In this document: one piece after another, positions 26,733 to 41,121 of the stretch
How the letters are laid out: every line of letters begins with the position of its first letter
How positions within the stretch are numbered: the first letter of the stretch is position 1
Assembly (NCBI GenBank): GCA_028534125.1
Contig: CM052817.1
Span: 14,386,001-14,450,000, forward strand
Length of the DNA stretch: 64,000 nt
Direction of reading: 5' to 3'
From: Lama glama
Taxonomy: Eukaryota
Notes under the pieces: generated by a model
Databases searched by the model: none
Told to the model about the DNA's origin: nothing
Seen by the model: the letters and a program-made list of their open reading frames with translations, nothing else
Translations under genes and position numbers: made by a program

Positions 26733-29700
26733 CACGTGAAACACGACACATGGTTCACACGTACTTACATGTGCAGATAGGATATTAAATAAATCAGAAG
26801 GATACACACCAAATTCATGGCAGTGGCTGCAACTGCAGGCAAGAGGAGCTAGGAGAGGGAACACGGACGGTGACAGAATGGTTGTCAACTTTATTGTTAA
26901 CATTTCATTGCTTTTGTATAAAGAAGGCTAGAAGCAAGTTATTTAGTAAAATTATTAACTATCAATTTTAAGTAGGAAATCCTCAGGGTCTTACTATTCT
27001 CTGTACTTTTCTGTATTTCTGTAAGTAGTTCAAGTGTAAATAGACAACTGCACAGTAGCAATTTCTCTGGCATATACAAGGCACACTGGTGCTATAATAG
27101 AATGATTCTCTCTCTTGTGTTTTCAGGCCACGGCTCTCCACAAACGTGCGCAAATTTTTCCTGTTTAACAAAATGAATCTGCCAGCAGCTCCCCCCTCAA
27201 GCAACTGCTCCTTCTACCCTCTTTCCTCCACAACAAAACTTCTTCGAAGAGTTGCCTACACTCACTCTCCTTTGTTTCCTCACTCACACCCAAACCCACT
27301 GCAACCTGGCTCCTGCCCCACTTTAATGGCTTCAGCCTCCTAACGGCCAAAATCTTGCAGTTCTCATTTTACTTAACCATGCAAAGCACTTAAGATAATT
27401 GACCAGGTACTGGAAAAGTTTCCTTCCCTTGGCTTCCACTATCCTTGGCTGCCAGTCCTTCAACCTCCCTTTACGATCCATCTCTGACTCCATGGCTGGT
27501 GCCTCCTCCCTGGTCCAGCCACTTAAATCTAGTCTGCCTGCTCACGTGCCAATCTGAGCTCTGTCCTCTCCCTAAGTGATTCCCTCTGCAATCTGCTGGC
27601 TCCTACATCTGCATCTCTAGCCCCTTATGAGATGGAGATTCATGCCTTCAATTATCAGCTGGCTTCTCCTACATTCTCTACCTGTATCTCAACCGCCTAA
27701 GTCCCAAAGCAGCCATATCCTCAAGAATTCTCACTGGAGGTTAAAGCTAAGCATGTGGATAGCTTCCTGACTCCTACTTTTCTGATCCTCATTCTAATGC
27801 TTGGTGACTCACTGGTTACACTTGCTGAGTTTCTCTTGAACCTACCACCTCCTCTCCACATGCCACACTGCTTTTATTCAGGTCTCCCACTCCACACTGC
27901 TTGCCCTACTTTTCCAACCAGTTCCCTTGACTTCTGTGGACTTACCGCCACCACTTCCCTCTAAAAATATTATTATTGCTTAATATCCTTCAATAGCTCC
28001 CTACTGCCTGCAGATTTTAATTTAAACTCACCAGACATAAATGCAATGATTCGAAACAATCTATCACCATCCACCCTTCCAACCTCACTTTTGGACACAT
28101 CTTCCCACGTTGCCAATATTCATGTGTGGACCTTCTCACCGTTCCCTGGATGTAGTTTGAGTTCTGCACACAAATCTGAGCCTGGGCACAGGCTGTTCTA
28201 CCTACCTCGGCATCTCTTTCTCTCTCTTCCACTGGATAAACCTTAACACATTGCAGGGCTCTGTGAGATGCCATTTTCCTCGGCAAAGTTCCTTAACTTC
28301 CATCGGCAGGTAGTCCTTCCCACACCTTTGCTCCCACGGGACTTGGCACATGCCTCTATTTTAGTACTTAAGTCACACTAGTGTGAGAGCTGCTTGTCCA
28401 CGTGTTCTCTCTCTCAATGGACAGCAGATAGAAGCTAGGTCGTGGGCGGCAGACTCATGAGACAAATATTTGAGAGCCTACCATTAGCAGTCCCTGTTGA
28501 AGGTGTGTGGGATATACAGTGAACAAAATAGCCAATCTCTATGCTCATGGAGTCTAAATTCCAGGGGATTAAATGGCACTCGGTAAATCTGAGGCATGAT
28601 TTGAAGATCTTTGTTTAAATCATTAGCAAGGCCATCACGAAATCAGTGTTAACACATAGTACTTCAGTGGCTTTGGCATGTCATCGTAGCTCACCCTCTC
28701 CAGCTGAAACTCATCATTCACTTCTTTGCGACCCCACAAGCACCAGGCATGCAAATGTACAACTACTATAGATCTTTAAAACTTAAGGCTCAACCTTTTT
28801 TTTTTTTTTGATGACAGCTCTCCCTTCCCATGAAGGCCTGTAGGAACCCTGCCACTGGAGGGTTTGCTATTACACATTGTAGTCGGGTAGACAGTGTTGA
28901 CTCAGGTTCCCCACAAATCAGCAGGCATCAGACCCACACTGCATGGGTTCATGAAATAGAAATAACAACAGATGAATGCTCTGCGGTTGAGTCAGGAAAT
29001 GCCCACATGTGAGTGCCTGTACTGTAAGCCTTTTTAAATTTATTAGGCACTAGCTCATGTGTGTCTCATGTACCCTTTGGGTATCTGTAGACAGAGAGAC
29101 TGAGCCTTCTCTGGAATTGTGACATCCATCATGCATGAAACAGTGGGAAATTCGGAATGCAGGAAGAGTATGCTGGAAACAAATCAGGACAAAGCGGAGT
29201 CTGAACAGTGCAGAAAAGGTCTCAGTTGGGAGGGATGGAGACAGCTGCAAGCGGCCTGAAGCACTGAGGAAGGATGAATAGTTAGTAACAGTGTTGCAAG
29301 GTAGCATTACCTCCAAAACACTTGATATTTGTAAAAGTGAACATATAAATACATATGGAAGCTAACCATTGATAAAACGGCACATTGCTAATAGTTCTTT
29401 GCCACACATTGTTTCGTTCCAGGCTACAAAGTCTAGTACATTAGACTTTTCTCTTTATATTAGTCAAATATTAATAGAAATCCTTCATAAGAGGTCACTG
29501 GGATGATACCTTTGGGTTTTGATATTACTATTTTATCATGTTTATTACCTAAGAAAAGAAAGAAGTTAAGCTTTACCAATAGTACACACACTTCTGTAAG
29601 GACATGTGTACAATTTAGGATGAAATCTATAAAAATCAAAGTACATGCTCAAAATATTTTTATAGTTAGGGGTACAAGATCAAAACAGTTTGGAGACTGC

Positions 29701-31602
29701 TGACCTAAACACTAAAGAGCTAGCAGTGAGTTCTAAATCACAGACCAAAATCAGATGTCAGAGGTTAGTCAAGGCACAAAAGGCAAATGGAAAAACAAAC
29801 AAAGGCAAAACAAGATAGGGAGAATGAGAAAATAATCTCAGATCACAGGAAGACATGATCAACAGTTTGCTGGGCACTGGGATAACTACTTACGCTTTTT
29901 GCTGAGTGTATGGACCAAGGCCAGAAGATGTGGTTATTTGGTTATTTTGCTCCCCTGCTTAAAATCTCTGATAACTTCTCATTGCCCTTCGGATAAAGTC
30001 CAAATCCTTAATAAAACTCAACCATCTGGCCCTATCTGCCTCTTCAGCATTTATCTTTAGTCCCTCTCTCTCTCTTTTTGGACATTTTTAGTTCTTCAAG
30101 TATGTTCTCCATCTTGTGTCTACCTCTAAGTGTCATTCAGGTGTCAACTTAATTTATACTTCCTTTAAAAGTTATTTTCTGACCCCTAACACATATTCAG
30201 TTTTTTCCCATATGTTCCTATAGCATCCTTTGCTCACTGTTCTGAAACTCTCTGCATGCTGCTAATGCATTGTTGAAGGTCTTTCTTCTTTGCCAGCCAT
30301 CTGTGAAGATGGAGAAGGTATCTGTATCCCTCAAACCTGGTACAATGTTTGATTTATAATACACACTAAAGAAATGTGTTGACTGAAGCGAAGTTGAGTG
30401 AAATGTGTCCTGAGACCCAAGAAGAGAAGGGGAAGGAAAGAGAAAAAACAGAATTTCTTTCAACTCCCTCAGTGCTTGCTTATTGCGTTTCATGACAGCA
30501 GAATTATGAGGCTCACCTAACAGTTATAACAATATTTGACTGCTTTTCTGTCAGTACACTTAAAGGCATTTCATTATCCATTGGTCAACAAATATTTGAG
30601 TGCCCCTGTGTGTCCTGGAAGTGTGTACAGTCTCTTTACTCTGTGTTGGCAGATATCAAACAATTAATTAAAACTGTATTCATTAAGAAACAGTATTAAA
30701 AGGATTCATGACTTACTCTGGCAGGATGAAAGATGGCTGGAGTTCACTGCTTGCAGTAAGGTTATATATTCTCAGTTGGACAGTCCTAGCAAGACTGCCT
30801 GTGTCCACAGGGTGGGTGGGAGATGCGGCTGCAGGATCAAGCAGTCCTGGGGGCGAGGGTGGATAGGGAGGGCAGCTGTGCAAGTAGAATGCTCTCTGAA
30901 TCAAAATCATATCTTTGCACGGGATGATAAACATCCTTCGAGAGCTTCCCTGTGTATGGCACTTCCAATGCCCAGTCTGCCCCAGACCCTTACCCGGCAC
31001 TAGCTTGCCCACATCAGTCACTTCCACCAGCCCTTCAACTCAGGCTCAGGGAGGCCCTGCAGGTTATTTTCATCCAAACCCTCCAAGCATGAGTGGCTCT
31101 TTTTCCCAAACCACAAGACTGGGTATCAAGGCTCTTCCCATGCAGCATCATTTGAACTGGGTACCGGCTTTGGATCTTTACCTTGGATGTGATCTAGAAA
31201 CCCACAGGGAACTCTGTCAGGTCATTTGCCTTTGAACTCCCTTTAACACTGAACTGGACAATAAGCACTGTATCTGCTGAGCTAAGCCCAGCCCTCCCAG
31301 CGCAATATCAGGCCAGGCCAGAGTCCCCCACCTCCCTCCTCCCCAGCCCTGCCCTGTGCAGGCAGGAGAGTGGAGAAACAAGAGTACCTAGTCTGTGGAT
31401 CCAGAATGCCTCGATTAGCATTGCCTTGGTTTACATCCCTGTTCTCCCAAGCACTAGCCGTGTGACTGTGGGCGAGCTGCTTAACCCTCTTGAGCCACAG
31501 GTTACTTACCAGTGAAAAGGATATTCCAGACTACCCAGGGTCCCTCTTAGCAGGGTAGACCTCTAGTGCCCTAGATACAATGTTGCACTCAGTGCTATTG
31601 AC

Positions 31603-31605
<3 letters not shown>

Positions 31606-31642
<37 letters not shown>
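31606..31642. repeat. (AC)18 microsatellite
   Basis: Directly visible. Confidence 0.97.
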
Positions 31643-31644
<2 letters not shown>

Positions 31645-33039
31645 TTCCTTCTTCTGTCTCCTGGATAATAGCTTCCCTTCACCATAAGCAAAGGCCTTTA
31701 CTAAGTTGAGCATGGAGCTTGCTAATGTGCCCATCTTGACCCCACTGCTCTTTGATCTCCCACCTAACTCCACGCCCACGTTCAATTAGTTACAAAGACC
31801 ACCCATAACGAACACCATAAGAATCTACCAGATTCATTTTCTCCCCCAGCGACACCCCTCCAGAACTGGCCAATCCTTCCTACAGCCTGGACCACTGCAA
31901 CATCTTCTCAACTGCTCTTTCTACCTGCACCCTCCCCCTCCTTTCATCTTCGCTTTTCAGCAGGATGAGACATCTTCCTAAGGCATTGTTTTTATTACAC
32001 CATCATCTTTCTCAGAAATCTTGACTTCTTGCCCACTGGATAAAATCCACAGTTCTGAGTCTCTCCCCAGTCTCATTTCTCAGCCTCAACACTTCTCAGA
32101 CCATTCTCTACTCTGGTCAAACTGCTGTCCCTGCAAAGTCCTTCATGCCACCCACAAAATGCTTCCTTGAAACCTCTCTAAACCATCTGGCCATTCAAAG
32201 CACAGCTCCCAGCCCAGCTCCTCCCCAGGGTCCCCCCAGCAGATCACCCCAGGAGAGCCTCCTCTTCCCTTCCATGTCCCAGGGCAGATTTACCCCTTCC
32301 AGAGGGCCAGTGCCACTTCCTCACACATCAGCCCCTCCATAACCGCCCCAACGCTCCCTACCTCCCCACTCTCCTGACAGCCCAGACTCAGGATGAAAGA
32401 GCTTTTCCTCAAGCCAAAATAATTACAAAAATGACCACAACTCACATTTATCAGTTCCCAACTATTTGTCAGCCACTGCCCTGAGCACTGGACATACATT
32501 ACTTCAGTTAATCCTCAGTGCAACCTGTCAAAATGGGTTCTCTTCATTGATTTTCCACTCAACATACATTGGAATGAATTTTAATAGGAAGATAGCAAAA
32601 AGTAAACAAACATAAATATACATATATAATACATACATAAATATTATTATAGTGTATATACATAACATTATAGAAGCACATGTATTTTTTTCTTTGAAAG
32701 ATAAAATATAAAATCGATGAAGGAAAGGAAAGCAGGATAAAGGAAGAGGGAGACGCACGTGAATTGCTGTATTAGATGAAGTCATCAGAGAAGTAATATT
32801 TTAATGGGAAACTGAAAAAGTGAGAGAGCAAGCCAATGGAGTATATGGGGCGAGAAGGTCCCAGGCACCCATAAAGAAACTAAGCTACGACAGGCCATGT
32901 GTCTTCCTTAGGTCACACAGTAGCAGACCCAGTATCTGAACTCTAGTTCTGACCTGGAGTCTTAGACCTCATTCTTCATCCACCATTAATGTTCTGCAGT
33001 GGTTAGCTCCATTAACTAGCTCTAAGTAAGGGCCGCCTG

Positions 33040-34640
33040 TGTGCCAGGCACTGACCTCCATAACCTTCTCCTCTCCAATGTCCTCTCCCCTACAACCTTT
33101 TGCCCTGGTTTTACATCCATCTTCCACTCTTATACTTCATAGTTTGAATCCTAGACTTTGTTCCCTATTCAGTCTCATGTCTTCAATTACCTTTATTTCT
33201 CAGCAGTTGACTCCCAAATTTGAGTCCCCAGCTTGGTCTGATGGCCAGCTTCTTCAGAGTAAATCCATACCTCATTCATCTCTCTGCTCTTAATACCCAC
33301 CCCAATACTGAATGCTTAATAATTTGTGCCCCTCTGAAATCAATTAAACTTGAACTCTACATTTCCTGTTTGGGACAGATTGAACTGGATGCTTCCCTAG
33401 CCCATCAAAATCAGTATTTCTAAAAGTGAACATGTTATCTTCCCTCCAAAACCTGTTGTCTGCCCGTGTTCTCTGCTTCTCCATCATGGTACCACGAGAC
33501 ACCCATCACCAATCTCCCCATCTTTCTCCTTCCCAATCATCCCACCCTTCCACCCCCACTGCCTCAACCACTGTTCAAACGTTTGTTTTCTCTCACTTAG
33601 ACTAATGCAACAGCTTCCTAATGACATCCTTGTCAATGATGCAGCCTACAGAGCTATGCAAAATTTATGTTCCTCATTCTGTCACTCTTCCTAAATTCAA
33701 CTGGCTTCTCACTGTCTACGGAATCAGACCTCAATTTCATGTACCAGATTCATACAGCCCAGTAACTACTGGACAACTCCATTCTGATATCCCTGAAGAC
33801 TTTAAATGTTATAGTCCCAAAATTGATCTCATTTTCTTTCAACTAAGCCTCCTTCTTTATTTCCCATCTTGGTAAATAGATGGCACCCACCAGTTACCTA
33901 AACCAGAAATCCAGAAGACAATCCAGGCTCCTCCTTCTCCTCCAACCCCAATTACAACCTGTCATCAGGTCCTGTTGGTCTTGTCCTCTATTTATCTCAC
34001 GTATACCCTTTTCTCTCCATCACTCACCAGTGCGTCACTACGATCCTCAGTATGTTTCACCTGCAATCCCACCTCAGCAGTTCCCCTCGCCCACTCTTTC
34101 ATTCCCTTGTGGTCCATCCACCACATCACCACAGATACGTGCCCAACAGGCAGATGTGATCATGCTCTGCTCTTGATTGAAATTTGTCAGTAGCTCCCCA
34201 CTGCCTTCACATCCTGACCCCAACTACTTCTCTGGCTTCCCATGTCCCTGTTCCCTTCTACCCTCCCCCACTTTAACTGCACACAAGATTTCTCACTGTC
34301 CCCTGGTGACACCACCACATTCTCTTACAGCCACAGCTCTCTCCCTGCCCACCTGCTGTCTTTACCTGGAAAACTCATTCTCATCCTCCCAGTCCCATCC
34401 AGTCTAGGGAGCTCTCTTTCCCCCATCCAGCCTGTATGAGGTGACTCATACCTGTCTTCCCGAAGTCCTCTGTGCTTGGTGCTATCATAGGACTTTCCAC
34501 ATTCCAACTACCATCTCGCATGTCTACCTCTTTAACTAGATTCAGGGTTTCCCAAAGGTTATTTTTCATCTCTGTATTCTAGTACTTAGAACAATAGTTG
34601 GCAAATAATAGGTATGTACTATGTTTTACAAAAGAATAAA
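33040..34640 (+). mobile_element. Cluster of L2 fragments
   Basis: Repeated L2 ORF-end-like pyrimidine-rich segments ending catctctgtattctagtacttagaacaatagttggcaaataataggt. Confidence 0.6.
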
Positions 34641-36264
34641 TTGGCTTCCATTTGACTGATATGAGAGTAGCATTATTATCAAGTCTACACTTTGATGCTG
34701 TTTTTTCCCACAGAGGGTTTGTTTTGTATTTTATGTGACTCTGTGAAACCAGTATCACTTAGTAACAAACACTGTGACTATGGAAGGTCTACTCTGTGCT
34801 GTCAGCTTATTATTTCACAGGAGACAAGGGCTGCAGCTTCTGATCTCCTCCATGAGGACATATCCCAGGGTCCCATGAAAGTATTTGGCACATGCCTTTG
34901 AAAATGAGCTAAGCCAACATGCTCTACTCATCAATACACAATCCAGATCAAGTCGAATTCTGGGGTGGAGAAGAAAGGTATGATTTAAAAGCTTAATTCC
35001 TAAACAACTAACATGCCTGTTTATACTCTGAAATATTGACTAGCAGTTTCTCTCCTATAGTAGGTAACTGATCAATGTGTTTTAAATAGATGACTATTGA
35101 ATAACACCTTCAAAACTATTTTGAAAACTATCAGAACACAGATTGCATTAAAACTGAAGTTATAACTGTCACTGATTAAGATCTGAAATTCCATTCTAAG
35201 GAGAGTTATGAAAAGTCACAATGTCAAGATCAGGGATCCAAGATAAATAAAAGTGTGTTTTAAATTGCACTCTTTCTAAAATATATATATATATATATAT
35301 CTCTACAGTTTAATCCTCCTTGTAGATTTTGCATTGTCAGTTATTTATCCTGAGAAATGAACAACAGTTTTGAAAGTATTAGTCTTTTAAATGATTAATT
35401 TTCATTCAGAATCTCCATCTACAACCTTACTAGGATGGTGTATATGGTTTAACTGCAAATCTGGCACTTAAGTCACATCGGAAGTGCTAGTATTTATTAC
35501 CTTTGAGCTTTGCAGTTTAAGATGTGTTGCCTTTTTAAAAACTGTCTTACAATGTTCCCATCAAAATGGAGTTTACTCTATAAATCCCTGGCAGGAGAAT
35601 TCCCTCCCTCTATGGCCCTGGATATTGCTATACTTTGCAGCTTCCACCTTCCCTTTTCCGTGTTTTCTGATGCCTGGTTCTGAACTCTCATTGTTTTACA
35701 CTTGTCTTCCAAGATTTCCCTCCCACAACCTTCCAATTAATGTAGTGCACCTGTGTTTCAGAGCCTGCACCAGCTCTCTCAGAGATCACAACTTCAGCAG
35801 GAAACTGTGATGAAACTGGACCATGAAAGGAAAGGGAATGGATATCAGATTGCAGTAATCCCGTGCATCTCAGTAGGAAGAGACTCAGCCTCAAATTAAA
35901 CAGAGTTTGGGGAAACGGATGATATGGTAAGATTGTCTGAAGAATTCTTGAAAAAAAATGTGAGAAAGGATTAGCAGAATCTGGTGTTCACAAGTGCTCA
36001 CAATATTAGATCATGTCTAATAATATCCTTATGATAAATGATTGATTCTACAAAACGAAATTTAAAAATTAGACCTATATTCTACTTAACTTTTTAAAAA
36101 TCCTACACTGATTTGAAATGCCTCTGCCTTTACCAGAATATTATTTAAACTGGCAAAGAGAGAGCTAGGCATTTCAATTCCTTTATGACTACCTTTAAAC
36201 AGAAGTTATTATTCATCTTGTATTCTTCAAGCTTCAAAATCAAGTTTGCGTTAGAAAAAAAAGT

Positions 36265-36764
36265 NNNNNNNNNNNNNNNNNNNNNNNNNNNNNNNNNNNN
36301 NNNNNNNNNNNNNNNNNNNNNNNNNNNNNNNNNNNNNNNNNNNNNNNNNNNNNNNNNNNNNNNNNNNNNNNNNNNNNNNNNNNNNNNNNNNNNNNNNNNN
36401 NNNNNNNNNNNNNNNNNNNNNNNNNNNNNNNNNNNNNNNNNNNNNNNNNNNNNNNNNNNNNNNNNNNNNNNNNNNNNNNNNNNNNNNNNNNNNNNNNNNN
36501 NNNNNNNNNNNNNNNNNNNNNNNNNNNNNNNNNNNNNNNNNNNNNNNNNNNNNNNNNNNNNNNNNNNNNNNNNNNNNNNNNNNNNNNNNNNNNNNNNNNN
36601 NNNNNNNNNNNNNNNNNNNNNNNNNNNNNNNNNNNNNNNNNNNNNNNNNNNNNNNNNNNNNNNNNNNNNNNNNNNNNNNNNNNNNNNNNNNNNNNNNNNN
36701 NNNNNNNNNNNNNNNNNNNNNNNNNNNNNNNNNNNNNNNNNNNNNNNNNNNNNNNNNNNNNNNN
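36265..36764. other. Assembly gap (500 N)
   Basis: Run of N. Confidence 1.
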
Positions 36765-38413
36765 GGACATGATTACCACCATCTTATATACGAAGAAGGA
36801 GGAACAGCAATACTATACTCACTGGCTATTTTATATGTTCTCACTTTTCCGAAGTAAATAAAATTTCTCCTAAGTAGACTTCCCACCAAATTAAGCACGT
36901 TCTCAGGACTAGATTTGACAGGGTTATCTTTGAAATGTCTGTTTGTGATTTCTAGATTATGGTTTGGGATTTTCCACAGATTCCCTGCAGACACCAGAAG
37001 ACGACCTGCAGATCCATTTCCACAGTGATGGAATGGATTGGAGCATGAGGGGGTATCTCCATCTTTAGGGTATAACCACAGCATCAGATACTTTTAGTCA
37101 TTCAACACATCTCTGGAGCACTTACCACATACGAAACATGGATAAAAGGTATGGGCTAGACCAATTTTTATACGTAGTTTCTCATGCTATTCTAATGAAA
37201 ATTCAATTAAAGTGCAAAAAGTCACAACCCCAGATAAAGCCCCTGACACAATATCCATTCTGAGATGTAGATCAGTTTAACAGTCACATGTGCCATTTCC
37301 ACCAAATTTTATTATGACGCTCATGAAGGCTTTTGGAAGTCATGTCTCCCCTGGTTTAAAAAAATCATATTTGGGGACATCCTTGGGGGCACCTTAGAAT
37401 CTGAACACAAAGTACAGATACTATTATAGCAAAGACATGAGAAAAAGAGAGAAACAGAGAAAGCATGCATAGCTGTTAAACTGCAGTAGTTACTCTACCA
37501 GTCAAATCTGATTTTGATTCCTAGTTGGGCTGCAGATGTCATTTCTTAAATCAACTGCTTCACTCAAAAGATCCTTCCACTGTTAAGAAGTGTTGACATC
37601 TGGAGATGAAGTCTATTCCTCCTCTAAAACCTTTTTAAAGTAAAGGCCTATAAAAAAAATTGCCAGGTCTAATTCCCTAGAGACTTTTTATTCACTATTC
37701 ATGAGCAGATGCTGCCTGAATACCTGGGCGGACAATTCCCTAACTAAGCCAATGCAAATTTCAGGTAACCAAAAAGATATGCACTGTTGCTGTAAAATTG
37801 GTTAACTACTCGTTTTACCTAAATAACTGAGATGGAACATGCAGGAGAGAGAAGTTTCTAAAAGGTCAATAATACATCCAAGGAGTGTTTAAACTGACAA
37901 CCTATTTCCAATGGGAGAGCCATTCAAACACACTGGCTGTGTTCATCGGGAAAGAAAAATCAGCCATTAACATGGGCATGAAGGCCAGGTGCTCAATATG
38001 GCAAATTCTGTATTTGTATCCATGTTCAAATCACTCCTTAGGTTGTCAGAGTGTAGGGAGGACTTTGATGTTTAAATACTGAGACTCTCCTTTTTCAGAC
38101 TTTCTCATGCCACGTGCATATGGGTCCATCTGAGAGCCACCCACAGCGGAGAGACTGGGCAAGATGGGAGATGGCTGCAGTGGTAAGAGGAAAAAAGCTG
38201 AACCTCACCTCATCTCAGCCCTGCCCTGGATTCCACCCCGCTTCTAGTTCCCTCCCAACACAGCCTCAATCTGCAAAGTTTGATATGAGAGAAAAGGCAT
38301 CTAAGGAAATGGATGTGTGTACACTGAATGATGTCTCGGCTGTTTGTTTAGTTTTTCCATTCCTCTCCACAGCCGTGGTTAGAATGAAATGATTTATCAC
38401 CTGATGAGGGTAC

Positions 38414-38467
<54 letters not shown>
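38414..38467. repeat. (TGA)18 trinucleotide microsatellite
   Basis: Perfect tga repeat of 54 nt. Confidence 0.97.
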
Positions 38468-41121
38468 CAGACATGGTGGTGCAGCCACTGAGGCTCTGGA
38501 CTGGGAAATGCTAGGAAGAGACAGTCTATGTAACACAAACTCAGACTAGTATCAACCATCATAGTCATGATTCAGAGGGAGTACTTAGCTCATCTTTCCA
38601 CTCTTTTTCTGGGAATGGAACCAGAAGAGGTGACAGTCACTCACTGGGGGCCACCTGAACTACCGAGCCTGGAGGTGACAGGTCTGGAAGGTATTAAGGA
38701 TGAGGCAGAGTCGTAGGAATAGTATCCAAAGACGACACTGACTGTGGCTCTGGAGTCACAGAATACACGGGTTGCTCATTAAGCTCTTCTTCAGAACTGA
38801 TGTAAACTCTCATAGCCATGCATTATAGATGCAGGAACATGCACAGCTCAGAGGAGGACTATCTTGGTGTCATATTGCTATACTTATAGACCTGGTCCAG
38901 TAAATGGAAAGGACAGATCCAAAAAAAGAATGCCACTTCCAGTAGATGGCTTTACAAGCAATCAAATGTGGATCGTAATTTTGGGTCTTTGGTGGGTCTA
39001 CCACTGGGCAATGTGGTTTATTTAAATCCAATAACTATGTTTTTAAGCATCTACTATTTTGTGAAGCATTGTGCGAGTCACTAGCAGGGGTACAAAAATT
39101 AGTAACTCACGTATGGTACTCACCATCAAGGAGTTACAATTTAAAACTGCAAACAAAACAAATATTCATAGTTTATTGTGCCTTGTTATTCAGATATAAG
39201 TCAAAATAAAAGGAAAATGACCAATGAAAATTCAAAGCACAATTCTCTGGGGAGGAGGCAGGGAGGAATCACTAAGGCTGCATGGAGAAAGATACTGTAT
39301 TTGAGATGAATCTTGAAGGATACTGTTCAATGCTGAATGCTCAACGATGCTGAGTGGGTAACACTGGGGCAGGAAGTTCATTCTAAGCAGCAGGTACAAT
39401 ATGAGATATGTTTGGGGACTAGGGAACAGTTCAGTTTAGCAGGTCAAAGTGTAGAAGAGTCCTGGGAGAATGTATTGAAAGATTTTGCACAGGAGAATGA
39501 CCTGACTCAAATCAGGTATTAGTAAATTCATTTGGTTGTGAGTGGGGAGTGGCACTTAGTGTAAATCGGAGACAACCATGATGGCCTGGAAAATAAGAAT
39601 ATAACCTTGAGTGATACAGTGGGAACTGGAGGAGCTAAACATAAAAGCTAGAAGAGAAGCAATAAAGCTTGGTGTCTGATTCCACGTGGAAGGGGAGGAA
39701 CTAAGCAAGGTGAGAAGTACCACAGAGAAGGAAACACTTCCGCTTTATTGTTTAACTGCATGCATCAAAAAATGATGTCACCGTTATGAAAATTTGGACA
39801 GTAAATTGCTCTTAGCAAGGACATGCCTTTTCTGACACACTGACTTAGAGGTGCTGGTAAAACCTGCCGATGAGTCTGACCAAGAGGACATGGAAATGTC
39901 CACCTGGTATTCTGGAAAGGGACTGGGCCCGAGCTGTAGACTAAGGAGACCTCCACATCCAGGTAAGATGCATCAAAACCAGTTAGATTAAGGAGAGAGT
40001 AGAAAGAGAGAAGAGAAGGAAGACAGAACTTTGTGCAAAGTTGCACAAAATGGGCAAAGGGAGAAATAAGGTTCAGAAAATGAGACTTGAGAGGAGGAGG
40101 AGGAAACAGAATAATGCAGTGTCACAAAATGCAAGGAAGGAGATTTCATTCAATAAATATCTATCATTGAGCAAATATTACATGTCAGGCTTCATGCCAG
40201 ATGCTGGGGACACAGCGGTGAGCTCTGCTCTCAGGGTTCCTAGTCTTCTAAGGGGTGTTGATAAACAGCATGAAGCACTTCAGTGAGTTCAGGACAATGT
40301 GAATAGAGAAAAGACCATTATTAGGACTTTGAACCAAATGAATAGCTTTGAAAAAGAAGTAGGTGATTTAATGCCCAAGGGGGAATAAACTTGTAGTGAC
40401 AGATGTAGTTATATAACTTTAAAATATTTTTAAGGATGGCAAAGGCCATTGAACAAATTAAACCCCCATCTCCCTCCTTTCCTCCATCCATCTTTCTCTC
40501 TTACACACACACTCTCTCTTTCTCTCTTTAATCTGCTTGAAAGTCCCTAAGAGAGGCTATTGAGTAAGCAAGCACACTCTGCAATGAAATATTGAAAAGC
40601 AATATTATCCCCATGTTCTAGAAAAGCAGTGATGACAAGAAAAACAAATAAAAGGACCAAAAAAAAAGTAAGAAAGACCATGTACTGTAAATTCAGAAAT
40701 ACATCTTTAAAAGATTCAACCACTATCTGGTCTACAATTCGGTAGAAATCTTGCACACATTTTTTATCTTGCATGGCTTGTTAATTTCCAAACGATCCGT
40801 AGCCTTTTTTCATGAAACTTTACATAAGCATTGGCCAGAAAAAAAAAAAAGTGCAGCAAAGGGAGGAGCGTTGTTGAATTTTAACACTTCACCATATCAT
40901 TTGCTTAGAACCTTCTTACATTTAACAACATAAAGAAAACAGAAATGCCTTGTGTCATAAAAAGCTTTTCCAGGGTTCAGAATAAATAGACTTTTCACTA
41001 TTGCCCTTGTGGAATTACTAATTTGGGTTTGCCTTATCCTCAATAAACATAAGACTTAAGCTGGAGCCATGATATATCCATCAAACAATATACAAATGAA
41101 GAGTGTTTTTCACTGTACTAT

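Noticed and set aside
38266..38568. Poly-His and poly-Ser ORFs
   Set aside because: Translations of the (TGA)18 microsatellite.
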